From the NCBI GenBank assembly GCA_013336275.1, contig JAAXUA010000001.1, forward strand, positions 14,167 through 78,166: 64,000 bases of DNA, written 5' to 3'. A program made the position numbers and the translations under genes. The notes under the pieces were generated by a model. That model worked only from the letters and a program-made list of their open reading frames with translations, was not told the DNA's origin and did no database searches. Below, one piece after another: positions 31,981 through 41,338 of this stretch. The stretch's first letter is position 1, and the number at the start of each line of letters is the position of its first letter. This DNA is from Candidatus Falkowbacteria bacterium. Its GTDB lineage: Bacteria; Patescibacteriota; Patescibacteriia; Patescibacteriales; GWE2-39-37.

Positions 31981-34900
31981 ATGGCATTTTCGCGATTAAA
32001 AACCGAGTATCTGCTTACCCCGGCAATCTTGTTATCACTCTGCATCGGCTGGGCGATTGCGGCACCCTCGCCTGACGCTATTGGCGTCCGCGTCGCCCCT
32101 AACCCGAAGCACTACTCGGCCCTGCGCTGGTATCAGGAGCAAGGCTTCAAGGGCTCGCCCCAGTCGCTTATTATCGATGGTTACGAAGCTATTCGGGACG
32201 GCCGTACTGTTTATATCGACGCCTCGAACATCGTTGAAGGCGCCCCAGCCAACAGCCAGCTGACCATCGGTGACCAGCTTTACACCAACATCTTCATCAT
32301 TTCCTATAACCAGGACGCGGAAAAATCGACCGAGGACATCTTCGGCCAGATTTTGTCCAATTGGAAATTCAACAATAACATCAATTCGGTCGGCATCTGC
32401 AAAGGTGACGCCAGCATCACTAGCGGTTGCGGCGATGCTGTCGGTTGCTGGCCGTTGAGCAATGATTATAATGACGCCAGAAAGAACGGCCTGGATGGTG
32501 CTGGCAGTAATGTCACCATCTCCAATGGCAGCACCAAATTCAATGGCGTGAATTCGCAGATCAATATGGGAGATCGCCCGGAATTCAAGGTGGCTGACAA
32601 GTTTTCAATCGTGGCTAATATTTTTCCTACTGGTCCGGGATCAAGCGGTGGAATTATCGTCAATAAAGAAGGCGAATATGAGGTTGCCAGATATGCTGAC
32701 GGCACGATCCGTTGGGCGATTGCCGCGCCCGGGGTTAATGGCGGTTCGACCACGACTTGGGCATGGCGCAACACGGGGTTTGTTGCTCCGCTTAACCAAT
32801 GGACCAGTATCGTTCTGACTTTGAGCGGCAATTCGGTCATTACTTATGCTAATGGCGAGGAGGTGCACAGGTTTGACTTCACAGGCAGCAGTGTCGTCGG
32901 TGACGTGCACACTAACTGGAACGAGTTGAGAATCGGCGCGCGCGACCCGAGTATGGGGCAGTATTTCGATGGCATTATCGGCGGCGTCAGGCTTTATAAG
33001 CGCACCTTGGAGCACCAGGAAATCACTTTGACTTTTTCCAATTCCTGCTCAGTCGACCCTGATTGCCCAAGCGCTTATTATTGCAGTGCCGCCAAGGGCG
33101 TGCTGGGCCGCGACACTAAGCGCTTGGCCGACCTGAACGACCTGAACGACCTTCTAGCTGCTTACAAGACCAAGAACGGAGGACTTTGTCCAAAACTGGA
33201 ATCAGGCTCTTATCTGCCCAACAAATCGATTTCGACTTGGCCGTCTTGGCAGGAGACTTTGGGCAAGACCTTGGGAGCTAATCTGCCGTTTGATCCTATC
33301 AACAAGATGGGAGATTGCGCCGGCTTTAATGTTCAGACTTGCTGGAATGAAACCACACGGTCATTTGCCGACCCGACACCGGCTGATACCAATTTCGATC
33401 TCCCAGACGGCAGCCGGGCTTATATCTATTTATCGAGTCCGAATGGGCAGCAGTGCTCGTTCTATGTCAATACCGAATCCGGACTTAACTGCAACGGCTC
33501 CGGCCAATGCACCGTGGGAGTCAATCTGGGATCGCCGGCTCCGTTCGGAACCCCAAGCAACCCGGGTTCAGCGACCAATACGCCTCCAAAAATCCTGACT
33601 ATCAATATGCCGACCGGCATTCGCTATGCTCCGTATCAAGGCTTCATCCAGGCGGAGGACGCGGATAACGATAACCTAAACTGGACGCTGACTACTACGG
33701 GCGACTGGTCGACTTGGGTGGCACCGACTTTGCAGACATCGCCAGCCAACAAGTACCAACGCCGCTTGGTCAGTTCCAAGTCAGGTGATTTAGGCAACTA
33801 TACCTTCGATGTCTCGGTCAACGATGGCCGCGGCGGAATCGCCACCTCTTCGGGGGTGATCCGGGTAGGGAATTATTGCGATGACAAGGATGCCGATGGT
33901 TTCGGCGTCTGCCCGAACTGCGGCAAGACAAGAGGATGTATCAATGACGGCAATGACTGCGATGACACGATCGGACTGCATATGGTAACCGGACTGTATG
34001 GGCCATTCAACATAAATGGCAATCAGATCAATCCGGGCCAGCCGGATGATTGCACTCAGTATGACGGACTGGACAACGATTGCGATAATCGTGTCGATGG
34101 CCATGCTACGACCTCTATCGTCATCGGATCAACCATCCAGGATATGGAAAATATCAGTTTGGCTGCCAAGCCTTTCGGCATGTTCCATTTCGAAGGCAAC
34201 TTGGCTAACTCGGGCAGCCAAGCCATGGCACCGACCGGCAATGGCACCTACAGCTTCACGACGGGCCACGACGGCCAAGGCTTGCACTTCACCGGTACTG
34301 ACCAATATATCGACCTAGGAAATCATGGGCCGAACTGGCCCGTCAGCACGATCATGGCTTGGGTCAGGCCTGATTCCTATCAGCATAACGCACAGCCCTA
34401 CGCGGCAGTGGTGCAGATCAACAATAATTATCTCGCTGCCTGGGACGACTCCGCTTATTACCTTTATGACGGTTATCCTTTGGCCTACCACGCAGCCAAT
34501 CACGCTAATACGCAACTGCCTTTGAATACCTGGTCGCATATAGCCATGACCAATGACGGCGTCAACATCCGCTACTATCTGAACGGGCAATTCGACGGCA
34601 TCACTCCGACTCCGCCGCAATGGAATAACGGCTGGGAAAACATCAGGATCGGCGGCGGTTATGTCGGCGATTTAGAAACCTTTTCCGGTGATATTGACGA
34701 AGTGCAGATTCACAAAGAGGCTCTGGTCGAAGCGAAAATCCAGGTTGCCTATCAGGACAATACGGTCACCTCGGCTTTTCCTTCGGGCTGGAGCGGTGGT
34801 GGTCAGGTTAGCTCTTTCGTGGGCATTTCTGGCAAAGAAAATCACTCATCCTCAGGCACGAATAGCATGCTGCTCCATCAAGATGCTAATCGCCTTTATG

Positions 34901-35664
34901 GCGGCACATGCACGCAGGCAATCTGTACCGATCCTAATTTTGCAGCCAATCGTGGTTGCATGTGGGACCCGGCAGGTGGCGGCCATTGCTATTTCCCGGC
35001 AGCTGATGGAGCTCATGACTCAACGATCAAGGGAAATTATTTAGGAGTCGATTATCTGGCCGATTATAACAACGGGGAAGCCATCGCCTGGGGCAACACC
35101 AATACCGTGATGTGGGGCTATATGGCCTACGATCTCTCGACTTTTCCATTCAATGTCGGCGATACCTACATCCTGAATTATTATTACAAGGGCGTCTCAC
35201 GATTGCAGAACTCCACCTGGTATTCCTTGAGTTTCAGCCCGGGCTGGCAAAGTTATTGTTACAATCAGGGTAGTATCATCAATTGGGCATGCAATGGCGC
35301 TAACGGGGCATTCAGCGGCTATCGGACGCTGCCTGGCGATCCGCCCAATTGTTCCGACTATAATCTATTCGGCATAAATTGGCCGTTAGCCAATAGCTGT
35401 ACCTGTCTCATGCTTAAGAATTCACTAGCCAATCAGACTGACTGCTATCCCAGTATCGGCGGACCGGGCGTTCCGGATAATACCTACACCGATTGGACCT
35501 ATTATGCGCGCTCGTTTTTCTTTAGTAATGATTTGAATAACGTCAAGAACGCTGCGGGCAACCGGCAGCTGATTTTCGGCATGTCTTTCGGATATAACGA
35601 CACCACCGCAGGTACGGACATCTATGTCGATGATCTCAGTCTATTGAAGTGCAATAATAATTAA
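31981..35664 (+). CDS. Giant secreted protein: conserved N-terminal module, two LamG/ConA-like lectin domains, Ig/cadherin-like domain, Cys/Asp-rich metal-binding-type repeats
   Basis: Signal peptide. LamG-like blocks (..NELRIGARD..YFDGIIGGVRLYKRTL and ..IRIGGGYVGDLETFSGDIDEVQIHKEAL). DCDD..DGLDNDCDNRVDG repeat. The N-terminus is paralogous to 36199-40431. Confidence 0.85.
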   Translation: MAFSRLKTEYLLTPAILLSLCIGWAIAAPSPDAIGVRVAPNPKHYSALRWYQEQGFKGSPQSLIIDGYEAIRDGRTVYIDASNIVEGAPANSQLTIGDQLYTNIFIISYNQDAEKSTEDIFGQILSNWKFNNNINSVGICKGDASITSGCGDAVGCWPLSNDYNDARKNGLDGAGSNVTISNGSTKFNGVNSQINMGDRPEFKVADKFSIVANIFPTGPGSSGGIIVNKEGEYEVARYADGTIRWAIAAPGVNGGSTTTWAWRNTGFVAPLNQWTSIVLTLSGNSVITYANGEEVHRFDFTGSSVVGDVHTNWNELRIGARDPSMGQYFDGIIGGVRLYKRTLEHQEITLTFSNSCSVDPDCPSAYYCSAAKGVLGRDTKRLADLNDLNDLLAAYKTKNGGLCPKLESGSYLPNKSISTWPSWQETLGKTLGANLPFDPINKMGDCAGFNVQTCWNETTRSFADPTPADTNFDLPDGSRAYIYLSSPNGQQCSFYVNTESGLNCNGSGQCTVGVNLGSPAPFGTPSNPGSATNTPPKILTINMPTGIRYAPYQGFIQAEDADNDNLNWTLTTTGDWSTWVAPTLQTSPANKYQRRLVSSKSGDLGNYTFDVSVNDGRGGIATSSGVIRVGNYCDDKDADGFGVCPNCGKTRGCINDGNDCDDTIGLHMVTGLYGPFNINGNQINPGQPDDCTQYDGLDNDCDNRVDGHATTSIVIGSTIQDMENISLAAKPFGMFHFEGNLANSGSQAMAPTGNGTYSFTTGHDGQGLHFTGTDQYIDLGNHGPNWPVSTIMAWVRPDSYQHNAQPYAAVVQINNNYLAAWDDSAYYLYDGYPLAYHAANHANTQLPLNTWSHIAMTNDGVNIRYYLNGQFDGITPTPPQWNNGWENIRIGGGYVGDLETFSGDIDEVQIHKEALVEAKIQVAYQDNTVTSAFPSGWSGGGQVSSFVGISGKENHSSSGTNSMLLHQDANRLYGGTCTQAICTDPNFAANRGCMWDPAGGGHCYFPAADGAHDSTIKGNYLGVDYLADYNNGEAIAWGNTNTVMWGYMAYDLSTFPFNVGDTYILNYYYKGVSRLQNSTWYSLSFSPGWQSYCYNQGSIINWACNGANGAFSGYRTLPGDPPNCSDYNLFGINWPLANSCTCLMLKNSLANQTDCYPSIGGPGVPDNTYTDWTYYARSFFFSNDLNNVKNAAGNRQLIFGMSFGYNDTTAGTDIYVDDLSLLKCNNN

Positions 35665-36186
35665 ATGCAGCCATCAAAAAAAGCCATTATCATCTCGTTG
35701 ACACTGCTAGCCACAGCCGCTATAGTGGGTGGATTTTGGTATTATTCAAGCCGTCTTAAGCCTGCGCCGCAGTCAGTCGAGCCAAAATCTGATCCATTCA
35801 AGGAGCAATATCGTCCGACACCCTCAGGTAAGACAGTCAACCCAGCGACAATCGTTTCTTCAACCACCTCCGTATCAGAACGTGGAGTCAAAAAAAATCC
35901 AGCCAAAGATGACGTTCAAAAGAATCCGCAGCTGTATGTCGACATTATGGCCGATGACGACAAAGACGGGTTGACCAACCCTTGGGAAGCTCGCTACGAA
36001 ACTGACCCTAAAAAAACGGATACCGATAATGACGGCTTGTCTGACTATGAAGAAGCGATGATATATTTTTCCAACCCCAAAGTCGCGGATACCGATAAAG
36101 ACGGCAACAGTGACGGTGACGAGGTCAAGAAGGGCTTCAGTCCGATCGACGATGGAAAATTGAAAAATCCGCCTATCAAAAAATAG
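35665..36186 (+). CDS. TM-anchored protein with thrombospondin type-3-like Ca-binding repeats
   Basis: ATG abuts the upstream stop. TM segment AIIISLTLLATAAIVGGFWYY. DDDKDGLTN, DTDNDGLSDYEE and DTDKDGNSDGDE repeats. Confidence 0.75.
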   Translation: MQPSKKAIIISLTLLATAAIVGGFWYYSSRLKPAPQSVEPKSDPFKEQYRPTPSGKTVNPATIVSSTTSVSERGVKKNPAKDDVQKNPQLYVDIMADDDKDGLTNPWEARYETDPKKTDTDNDGLSDYEEAMIYFSNPKVADTDKDGNSDGDEVKKGFSPIDDGKLKNPPIKK

Positions 36187-36198
36187 TTGAAAATATCT

Positions 36199-39100
36199 AT
36201 GAAAATGATCAAGCTGTCAATCGTTCCGGTAATCGCCCTGGCGCTCTGCATCGGCTGGGCTATCGCCGCCCCTTCACCCGACGCTATCGGCGTCCGCGTG
36301 GCGCCCAACCCGAAGCATTATTCGGCCTTGCGCTGGTATGAATCGCAGGGCTTCAAGGGCTCGCCTCAGTCACTCCTGGTTGATGGCTATGAGGCTATCC
36401 GTGACGGGCGCACCGTCTATATCGACGTGGCAAACGTGGTCGAAACAGCTCCGGCCAACAATATCTTCACCGCCGGTGATCAGCTTTACACCAACATCTT
36501 CATCATTTCCTATAATCAGGATGCCGAGAAAGCGACCGAGGATATCTTCGGCCAGATTCTCGCTAACTGGAAATTCAATAACAACATTCTGACTGCCGGC
36601 ACCTGCAGCGAGACGACAGCGCAGTCCTGCGTCTATAGTTCGAGCTGCGCCTCGCCTCAGCCTTGTACTAACTGCCGCAAAGACGAATATTGCGATAGCT
36701 CGCATGATGTCGCCGTGCGTGACACCAGGAGGTTGTCCGATCTGGTCGATATGAATATTTACCTCGAGCGATACCGCAATAGCCACGGCGGCCTGTGCCC
36801 GAAGCTTGAGTCTGGTAGCTATATGCCCAATAGGACGATTTCGACTTGGCCGTCTTGGCAAGAGGAGTTGGGCAGCGCCCTGGGCGTCAGTTTGCCGTTC
36901 GATCCGGTCAACAAGCTCGGCCTTTGCGATGGCACAACCAAGACAGGTAACCAATATTCGAACCTAGGTGCTACCTTCTGTCCGAACAATGGCCCGACCT
37001 ACACTGGTTCGTGCGTTGCCAACACTTGGCAATATGTTTTTAACGCATCGAATCCAGGCGATTATACCTTGACAGTCGAGACCACCAACGCCAACTCCAG
37101 CGCTTTTGGCGACCTCGATCAGCTTATTGCACCGCCTGCACCTAATCCGACAACTATTTATCACGACATGACCATATCTGTTGATGGTACGGCCATCGGC
37201 GTTATCAAAAATAAAGCCGTAGGGCCTGCCAAGACGCCACAAGTGGCTACCATCGTCCTGCCCGGTTTGGCTGCCGGCAATCGCACCATCAGCATTAATT
37301 GGACTAATGATTCCAATATTGGCGGTGTAGATTCTAATCTCCGTATACACAAAGTCTCTTTCGGTAAGCCATATAACTCTACGACTTGTTGGGATGAAAA
37401 GACTAGGGTATTCGCTGACCCGACACCTGACAACGTCTTTGATCTGCCGATCGGCAGCCATGCATATATCTACCAAAGCAGCCGTGATGGCAAGAGCTGC
37501 GGCTTTTCGGCAGCGACCGAGAGCGGTTTGAGCTGTGTCGGATCTGCCTGTACGGCCGGAGTTTCGGTCCCGGTAACCCTGGAGTTTTCAACACCCTCCG
37601 GCAATACCGCGCCGGTCGTGATGTGCGGCGGCATGGTCAGTTTTCCGCATCAGGAGTTCACTAAATACGTCAATGCCGCTGACTCCGATCCCGGAGACAA
37701 CGCTACCTTGACCTGGGGAATCGATACCTCGATTACGGCCGCTTGGCCGGGCTGGGTCGGTGGTCCGGTCCTGCAGTCGGCCGGTGTCAACACCCAGAAA
37801 AAGATTTATGCCACCCAGGCTGGTGATAAGGGAACTTATCAATTCCGCGTGACAGTCACCGACTCCACTGGCTCCTCAACCAGTAAAATTTGCAATATCG
37901 GCATCGGCGCCACTTTGCCGACCATCGAGCCGATAGCCGACCAATCAGTTTATTCCGGCGAGGAAGTCAGGGCTCTGACCGTCTACGCCTCAGAACCATC
38001 GAAGGAATACCCGATGAATTTCGTTTTCGATGCCATAGATTTAGGGACGATGGCTGCGATACCGAATTTCATGTCTTGCAGCGCCACCAGCTCTCCTTTC
38101 GGCGAATTGACCGGCCGTTATAACTGCTATGTCGACAAGGAGGCTATCGACCGGCCAGCGGGCATCTATCAAGTGACAGTGACCGTAACGGACAAAGAAG
38201 GTGATAGTGCGTCGGAGACTTTCAATATAACCATCAAGAACGACCCACCGATTATCACGCCAAATGTGGCAAATTGGGTAGCCAGTACGACCGTGCCAAT
38301 AAGCGAGGTGATGTGGGAAGCGATGGATCTGCTTTCTAATTTTCCGCTGACTTACTCGATAACGGCTGGAGTTTTGCCGACCGGAATTACCGGTGCCACT
38401 ACGACTGTCCTGCATCCTGGCCTGGCGACTACCTATACTTATGGCACCACCACGGTCGTGTCGACGGTCAACGGCAGCCTTTTGCGCTATACCGTGAGTG
38501 GGAACCTGTCTAACGCCAATGTCTTTGCCAATCCGGTCACGGTCTTGAACTATTCGATGACGTCAGCTGATAAATACGCCCTAGGCGCTGGTGCCAACTA
38601 CACGATTCGCATCTCTAATTCAGGACCGGAAATAGCGCCTCCTACTTGTAGCACGGTCATGCGCCACTCCTTGCCTTTTAACTGCGTTTTACCTGTCTCT
38701 GACGCCCAGGGCAACATGATAAACAACCACACGGTAGCCAATCTCCCAGGAAGCGGCAACTTGACCTCATCCTTGGCGGCTAATGCCATCACGATCAGCG
38801 GTAACGTGACCATTGGCGACGTCGGAAGTTACCCGATTCAGCTTAATGCGACTGATGAATTCAGCTACACCGGTCCTAATGTCGGTTTCAATCTGAGAAT
38901 CAACAACTACTGCGGAGACGGAGTAGTCCAAACCCCTAACACCGAAGGCGCAAACGGACCGGCCAATAACGGCGTCGAGGATTGCGATGACGCCAATGCC
39001 GTAAATAATGATGCTTGCGATAACAACTGCGCTTGGACGGTCAAGACCGAACCCTATAGCCTGCTTAATAGCAAGGGCGATGCCGTTGTTTATGATAATA

Positions 39101-40431
39101 ATAATAATACTAATTCAGCCGCTGCAGTCGCTGGCGGAACTTTCATCAAGATCCAGGGCATTATGCCGACGCCTTATATCTGGGTAGCCCAGTCTACAGC
39201 CAACCTGGTCAATAAGATTCGGGCTTTTACAGGGTACAAGCGGGTTTGCACCCGTGATGGCGCCGGTAATGTGACCTGCCTATATGATACTACGGTTACC
39301 GAGACAAGGGGCCAGCTTTTGGGAAGCTTTGCGACGGGCGCTGATCCTTCTCGAACGGCGGTCAACGCCGAAACTGGAGATGTCTGGGTCGGTGCCAGAG
39401 CGGGCAGTGTTGTCACTAAATTCGATAACCAGGGAGTTACGCTTAAGAACTGTCCAGCACCGGCCGGAACCCGCGGCGTAGCTATCGCTCAGAACGGTGA
39501 TGCTTGGGTGGCTGGGACAGGCAGTGACCAGGCCTGGCGTTTGCCGGCTGATGACACGACTTGTGCCGCGTCAGCCGTTATTTCCGGTTTCGGCTCAGTT
39601 TACGGTCTCGCTATAGATAGTGATGACAATTTGTGGGCGGCCAACGGAGCCCATACCGCCATGTTCAAGGCGGATACCGTTTCGAATGTTGTTGCTTCAA
39701 TACACGCCGCCCCTTGGGTCTATGGAATTACAGTGGACCCGTTCGGCAATGCTTGGGGAGGCGGCTATCAGAGCGGCGGATTTTTCAAAGTCGACAAAGG
39801 CGCCGCCGTCAACTCGAATGCTGTGCATCACCCGAATGCTTATCAGATATTGGGCTTGAGCACGGACATCTATGGCAATATCTGGGGCGGCGGCTATACC
39901 GGCAATGTCGCAGTCAAGGCGACGAACGCAGGAACCACAGTGTTCACGGGAAGCGCAGGGTGGGGCGATAACCACGGCATGTGCGGTGATTCTGAAGGCC
40001 AGGTTTGGGCCGTGTATTACGAGGGTCACGCCAAGGTCTATGACGGGGCGACTAACGCTGAATTGGAGGCTGACGTCAACGTCGGCGCTCCGAATGGCAC
40101 CTATACTTATAGCGACATGACGGGGTTGAACCGGGCCATGGCTTTGCGTTCCGCCACATGGTTCAAGTCGATTGATGGCGTCTACCAGAACCAGCATTGG
40201 GGCTTGTTGCAGTATGATCTGATAGTGCCGTCAGCCAATCAGACAGCAGATATTTTCATCCGAGCGAACAACGCGCAGGCGGCATTGCCTGGAACGCCCT
40301 GGAACACGGCCGCCGCCTGGAACGCCTTGCCTTTGACCGCCCGAGTCGGCCAGTTCGTGGAAATCAAGGTCTTAATGCGCAGCAAACAGCCAGGCGTCAC
40401 CCCGGTTATTACCAACTTAAGGATCGAATAA
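36199..40431 (+). CDS. Giant secreted protein: same N-terminal module, inserted beta-sandwich, Ig/cadherin-like repeats, Cys-rich repeat, C-terminal beta-propeller-like repeats
   Basis: N-terminus LCIGWAIAAPSPDAIGVRVAPNPKHYSALRWY is shared with 31981-35664. CGDGVVQ..EDCDD..DACDNNCAW. Recurring GD[VA]WV[GA]/DNLWAA/GN[AI]WGG/GQVWAV blades. Confidence 0.85.
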   Translation: MKMIKLSIVPVIALALCIGWAIAAPSPDAIGVRVAPNPKHYSALRWYESQGFKGSPQSLLVDGYEAIRDGRTVYIDVANVVETAPANNIFTAGDQLYTNIFIISYNQDAEKATEDIFGQILANWKFNNNILTAGTCSETTAQSCVYSSSCASPQPCTNCRKDEYCDSSHDVAVRDTRRLSDLVDMNIYLERYRNSHGGLCPKLESGSYMPNRTISTWPSWQEELGSALGVSLPFDPVNKLGLCDGTTKTGNQYSNLGATFCPNNGPTYTGSCVANTWQYVFNASNPGDYTLTVETTNANSSAFGDLDQLIAPPAPNPTTIYHDMTISVDGTAIGVIKNKAVGPAKTPQVATIVLPGLAAGNRTISINWTNDSNIGGVDSNLRIHKVSFGKPYNSTTCWDEKTRVFADPTPDNVFDLPIGSHAYIYQSSRDGKSCGFSAATESGLSCVGSACTAGVSVPVTLEFSTPSGNTAPVVMCGGMVSFPHQEFTKYVNAADSDPGDNATLTWGIDTSITAAWPGWVGGPVLQSAGVNTQKKIYATQAGDKGTYQFRVTVTDSTGSSTSKICNIGIGATLPTIEPIADQSVYSGEEVRALTVYASEPSKEYPMNFVFDAIDLGTMAAIPNFMSCSATSSPFGELTGRYNCYVDKEAIDRPAGIYQVTVTVTDKEGDSASETFNITIKNDPPIITPNVANWVASTTVPISEVMWEAMDLLSNFPLTYSITAGVLPTGITGATTTVLHPGLATTYTYGTTTVVSTVNGSLLRYTVSGNLSNANVFANPVTVLNYSMTSADKYALGAGANYTIRISNSGPEIAPPTCSTVMRHSLPFNCVLPVSDAQGNMINNHTVANLPGSGNLTSSLAANAITISGNVTIGDVGSYPIQLNATDEFSYTGPNVGFNLRINNYCGDGVVQTPNTEGANGPANNGVEDCDDANAVNNDACDNNCAWTVKTEPYSLLNSKGDAVVYDNNNNTNSAAAVAGGTFIKIQGIMPTPYIWVAQSTANLVNKIRAFTGYKRVCTRDGAGNVTCLYDTTVTETRGQLLGSFATGADPSRTAVNAETGDVWVGARAGSVVTKFDNQGVTLKNCPAPAGTRGVAIAQNGDAWVAGTGSDQAWRLPADDTTCAASAVISGFGSVYGLAIDSDDNLWAANGAHTAMFKADTVSNVVASIHAAPWVYGITVDPFGNAWGGGYQSGGFFKVDKGAAVNSNAVHHPNAYQILGLSTDIYGNIWGGGYTGNVAVKATNAGTTVFTGSAGWGDNHGMCGDSEGQVWAVYYEGHAKVYDGATNAELEADVNVGAPNGTYTYSDMTGLNRAMALRSATWFKSIDGVYQNQHWGLLQYDLIVPSANQTADIFIRANNAQAALPGTPWNTAAAWNALPLTARVGQFVEIKVLMRSKQPGVTPVITNLRIE

Positions 40432-40432
40432 T

Positions 40433-41287
40433 ATGGAAACAATACCAACTTCAAGGAAGAAAGCATTAGTAATCGGCTTAGCTGCGCTCTTGATAGCTGG
40501 CACGGCGTTCGGCTATTGGCGGTATCGCCAAGTACAAGAGGATAGAAGTCAAGTAGCTGCAGCAGAAGAAGCGGCTCGCCTTGCGAAGAAGCAGGCCGAG
40601 GAAAAGATTCAAAAAGAAGTCTCGGTCGGTTATGCCATCATCTCCCAGGCAGTCAAATCGAAGAGTCCGGACGATTGCCTCCAGCTTGAAAAATCGGTTT
40701 TGGACAGCTGTTTGTATTCCGTCGCTCAGGTGACTTCAGATAAGAAAATATGTGAACGGATCCTTGATTTCAACAAACGGACAGTTTGCCAAGAATTCCT
40801 AGTTTTTCGCGAAGGAACAAAGAAAATTTCCAATGAATTCTGCGCCGCCTTCAAATCAAGCGAAGTGGCCGAGAGCTGTTTCAGTCAGATATTTTCCGGA
40901 TTGAGCGATATCAAGTCATGTGAGCCTTTCGCTGAGCCGAACAAGCAGCGATGTCTGGATCTGGTCAACTCGAAGCTGGCCATAACGGGCGACGGCACGG
41001 GTTGCGATTCGGTGAAGGATAAGGATATCAAGAGCAGCTGCCGTATGGCCTCAGCCAGCGCTCCCAAGGATTCCGACAAAGACGGCATTTCCGACACGAC
41101 TGAAATCGGCTATGGTACAAATCCTTTCAAGGCCGATACGGATGGTGATGGGCTCAAGGACGGGGAGGAGATGGAAAAATATCTGACAAGCCCGGTCAAG
41201 GCGGATACTGACGGCGACAAGCATTCTGACGGTGAAGAAGTCGGTGGCGGTTTCAATCCTTTGGGTGAGGGTAAACTTAAGAAATAA
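40433..41287 (+). CDS. TM-anchored protein with Cys-rich region and thrombospondin type-3-like Ca-binding repeats
   Basis: ATG lies 1 nt after the upstream stop. TM segment ALVIGLAALLIAGTAFGYW. DSDKDGISD, DTDGDGLKDGEE and DTDGDKHSDGEE. The C-terminal GFNPLGEGKLKK resembles GFSPIDDGKLKN of 35665-36186. Confidence 0.75.
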   Translation: METIPTSRKKALVIGLAALLIAGTAFGYWRYRQVQEDRSQVAAAEEAARLAKKQAEEKIQKEVSVGYAIISQAVKSKSPDDCLQLEKSVLDSCLYSVAQVTSDKKICERILDFNKRTVCQEFLVFREGTKKISNEFCAAFKSSEVAESCFSQIFSGLSDIKSCEPFAEPNKQRCLDLVNSKLAITGDGTGCDSVKDKDIKSSCRMASASAPKDSDKDGISDTTEIGYGTNPFKADTDGDGLKDGEEMEKYLTSPVKADTDGDKHSDGEEVGGGFNPLGEGKLKK

Positions 41288-41302
41288 CCTGTTCAGGTAA
41301 AT

Positions 41303-41334
41303 AAAAAAACAGGGCCGAGTCGGTCCTGTTTTTA
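41303..41334. terminator. Bidirectional terminator between convergent genes
   Basis: A7, then stem ACAGGGCCG/CGGTCCTGT (one G-U pair), then T5. Confidence 0.7.
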
Positions 41335-41338
41335 TATC

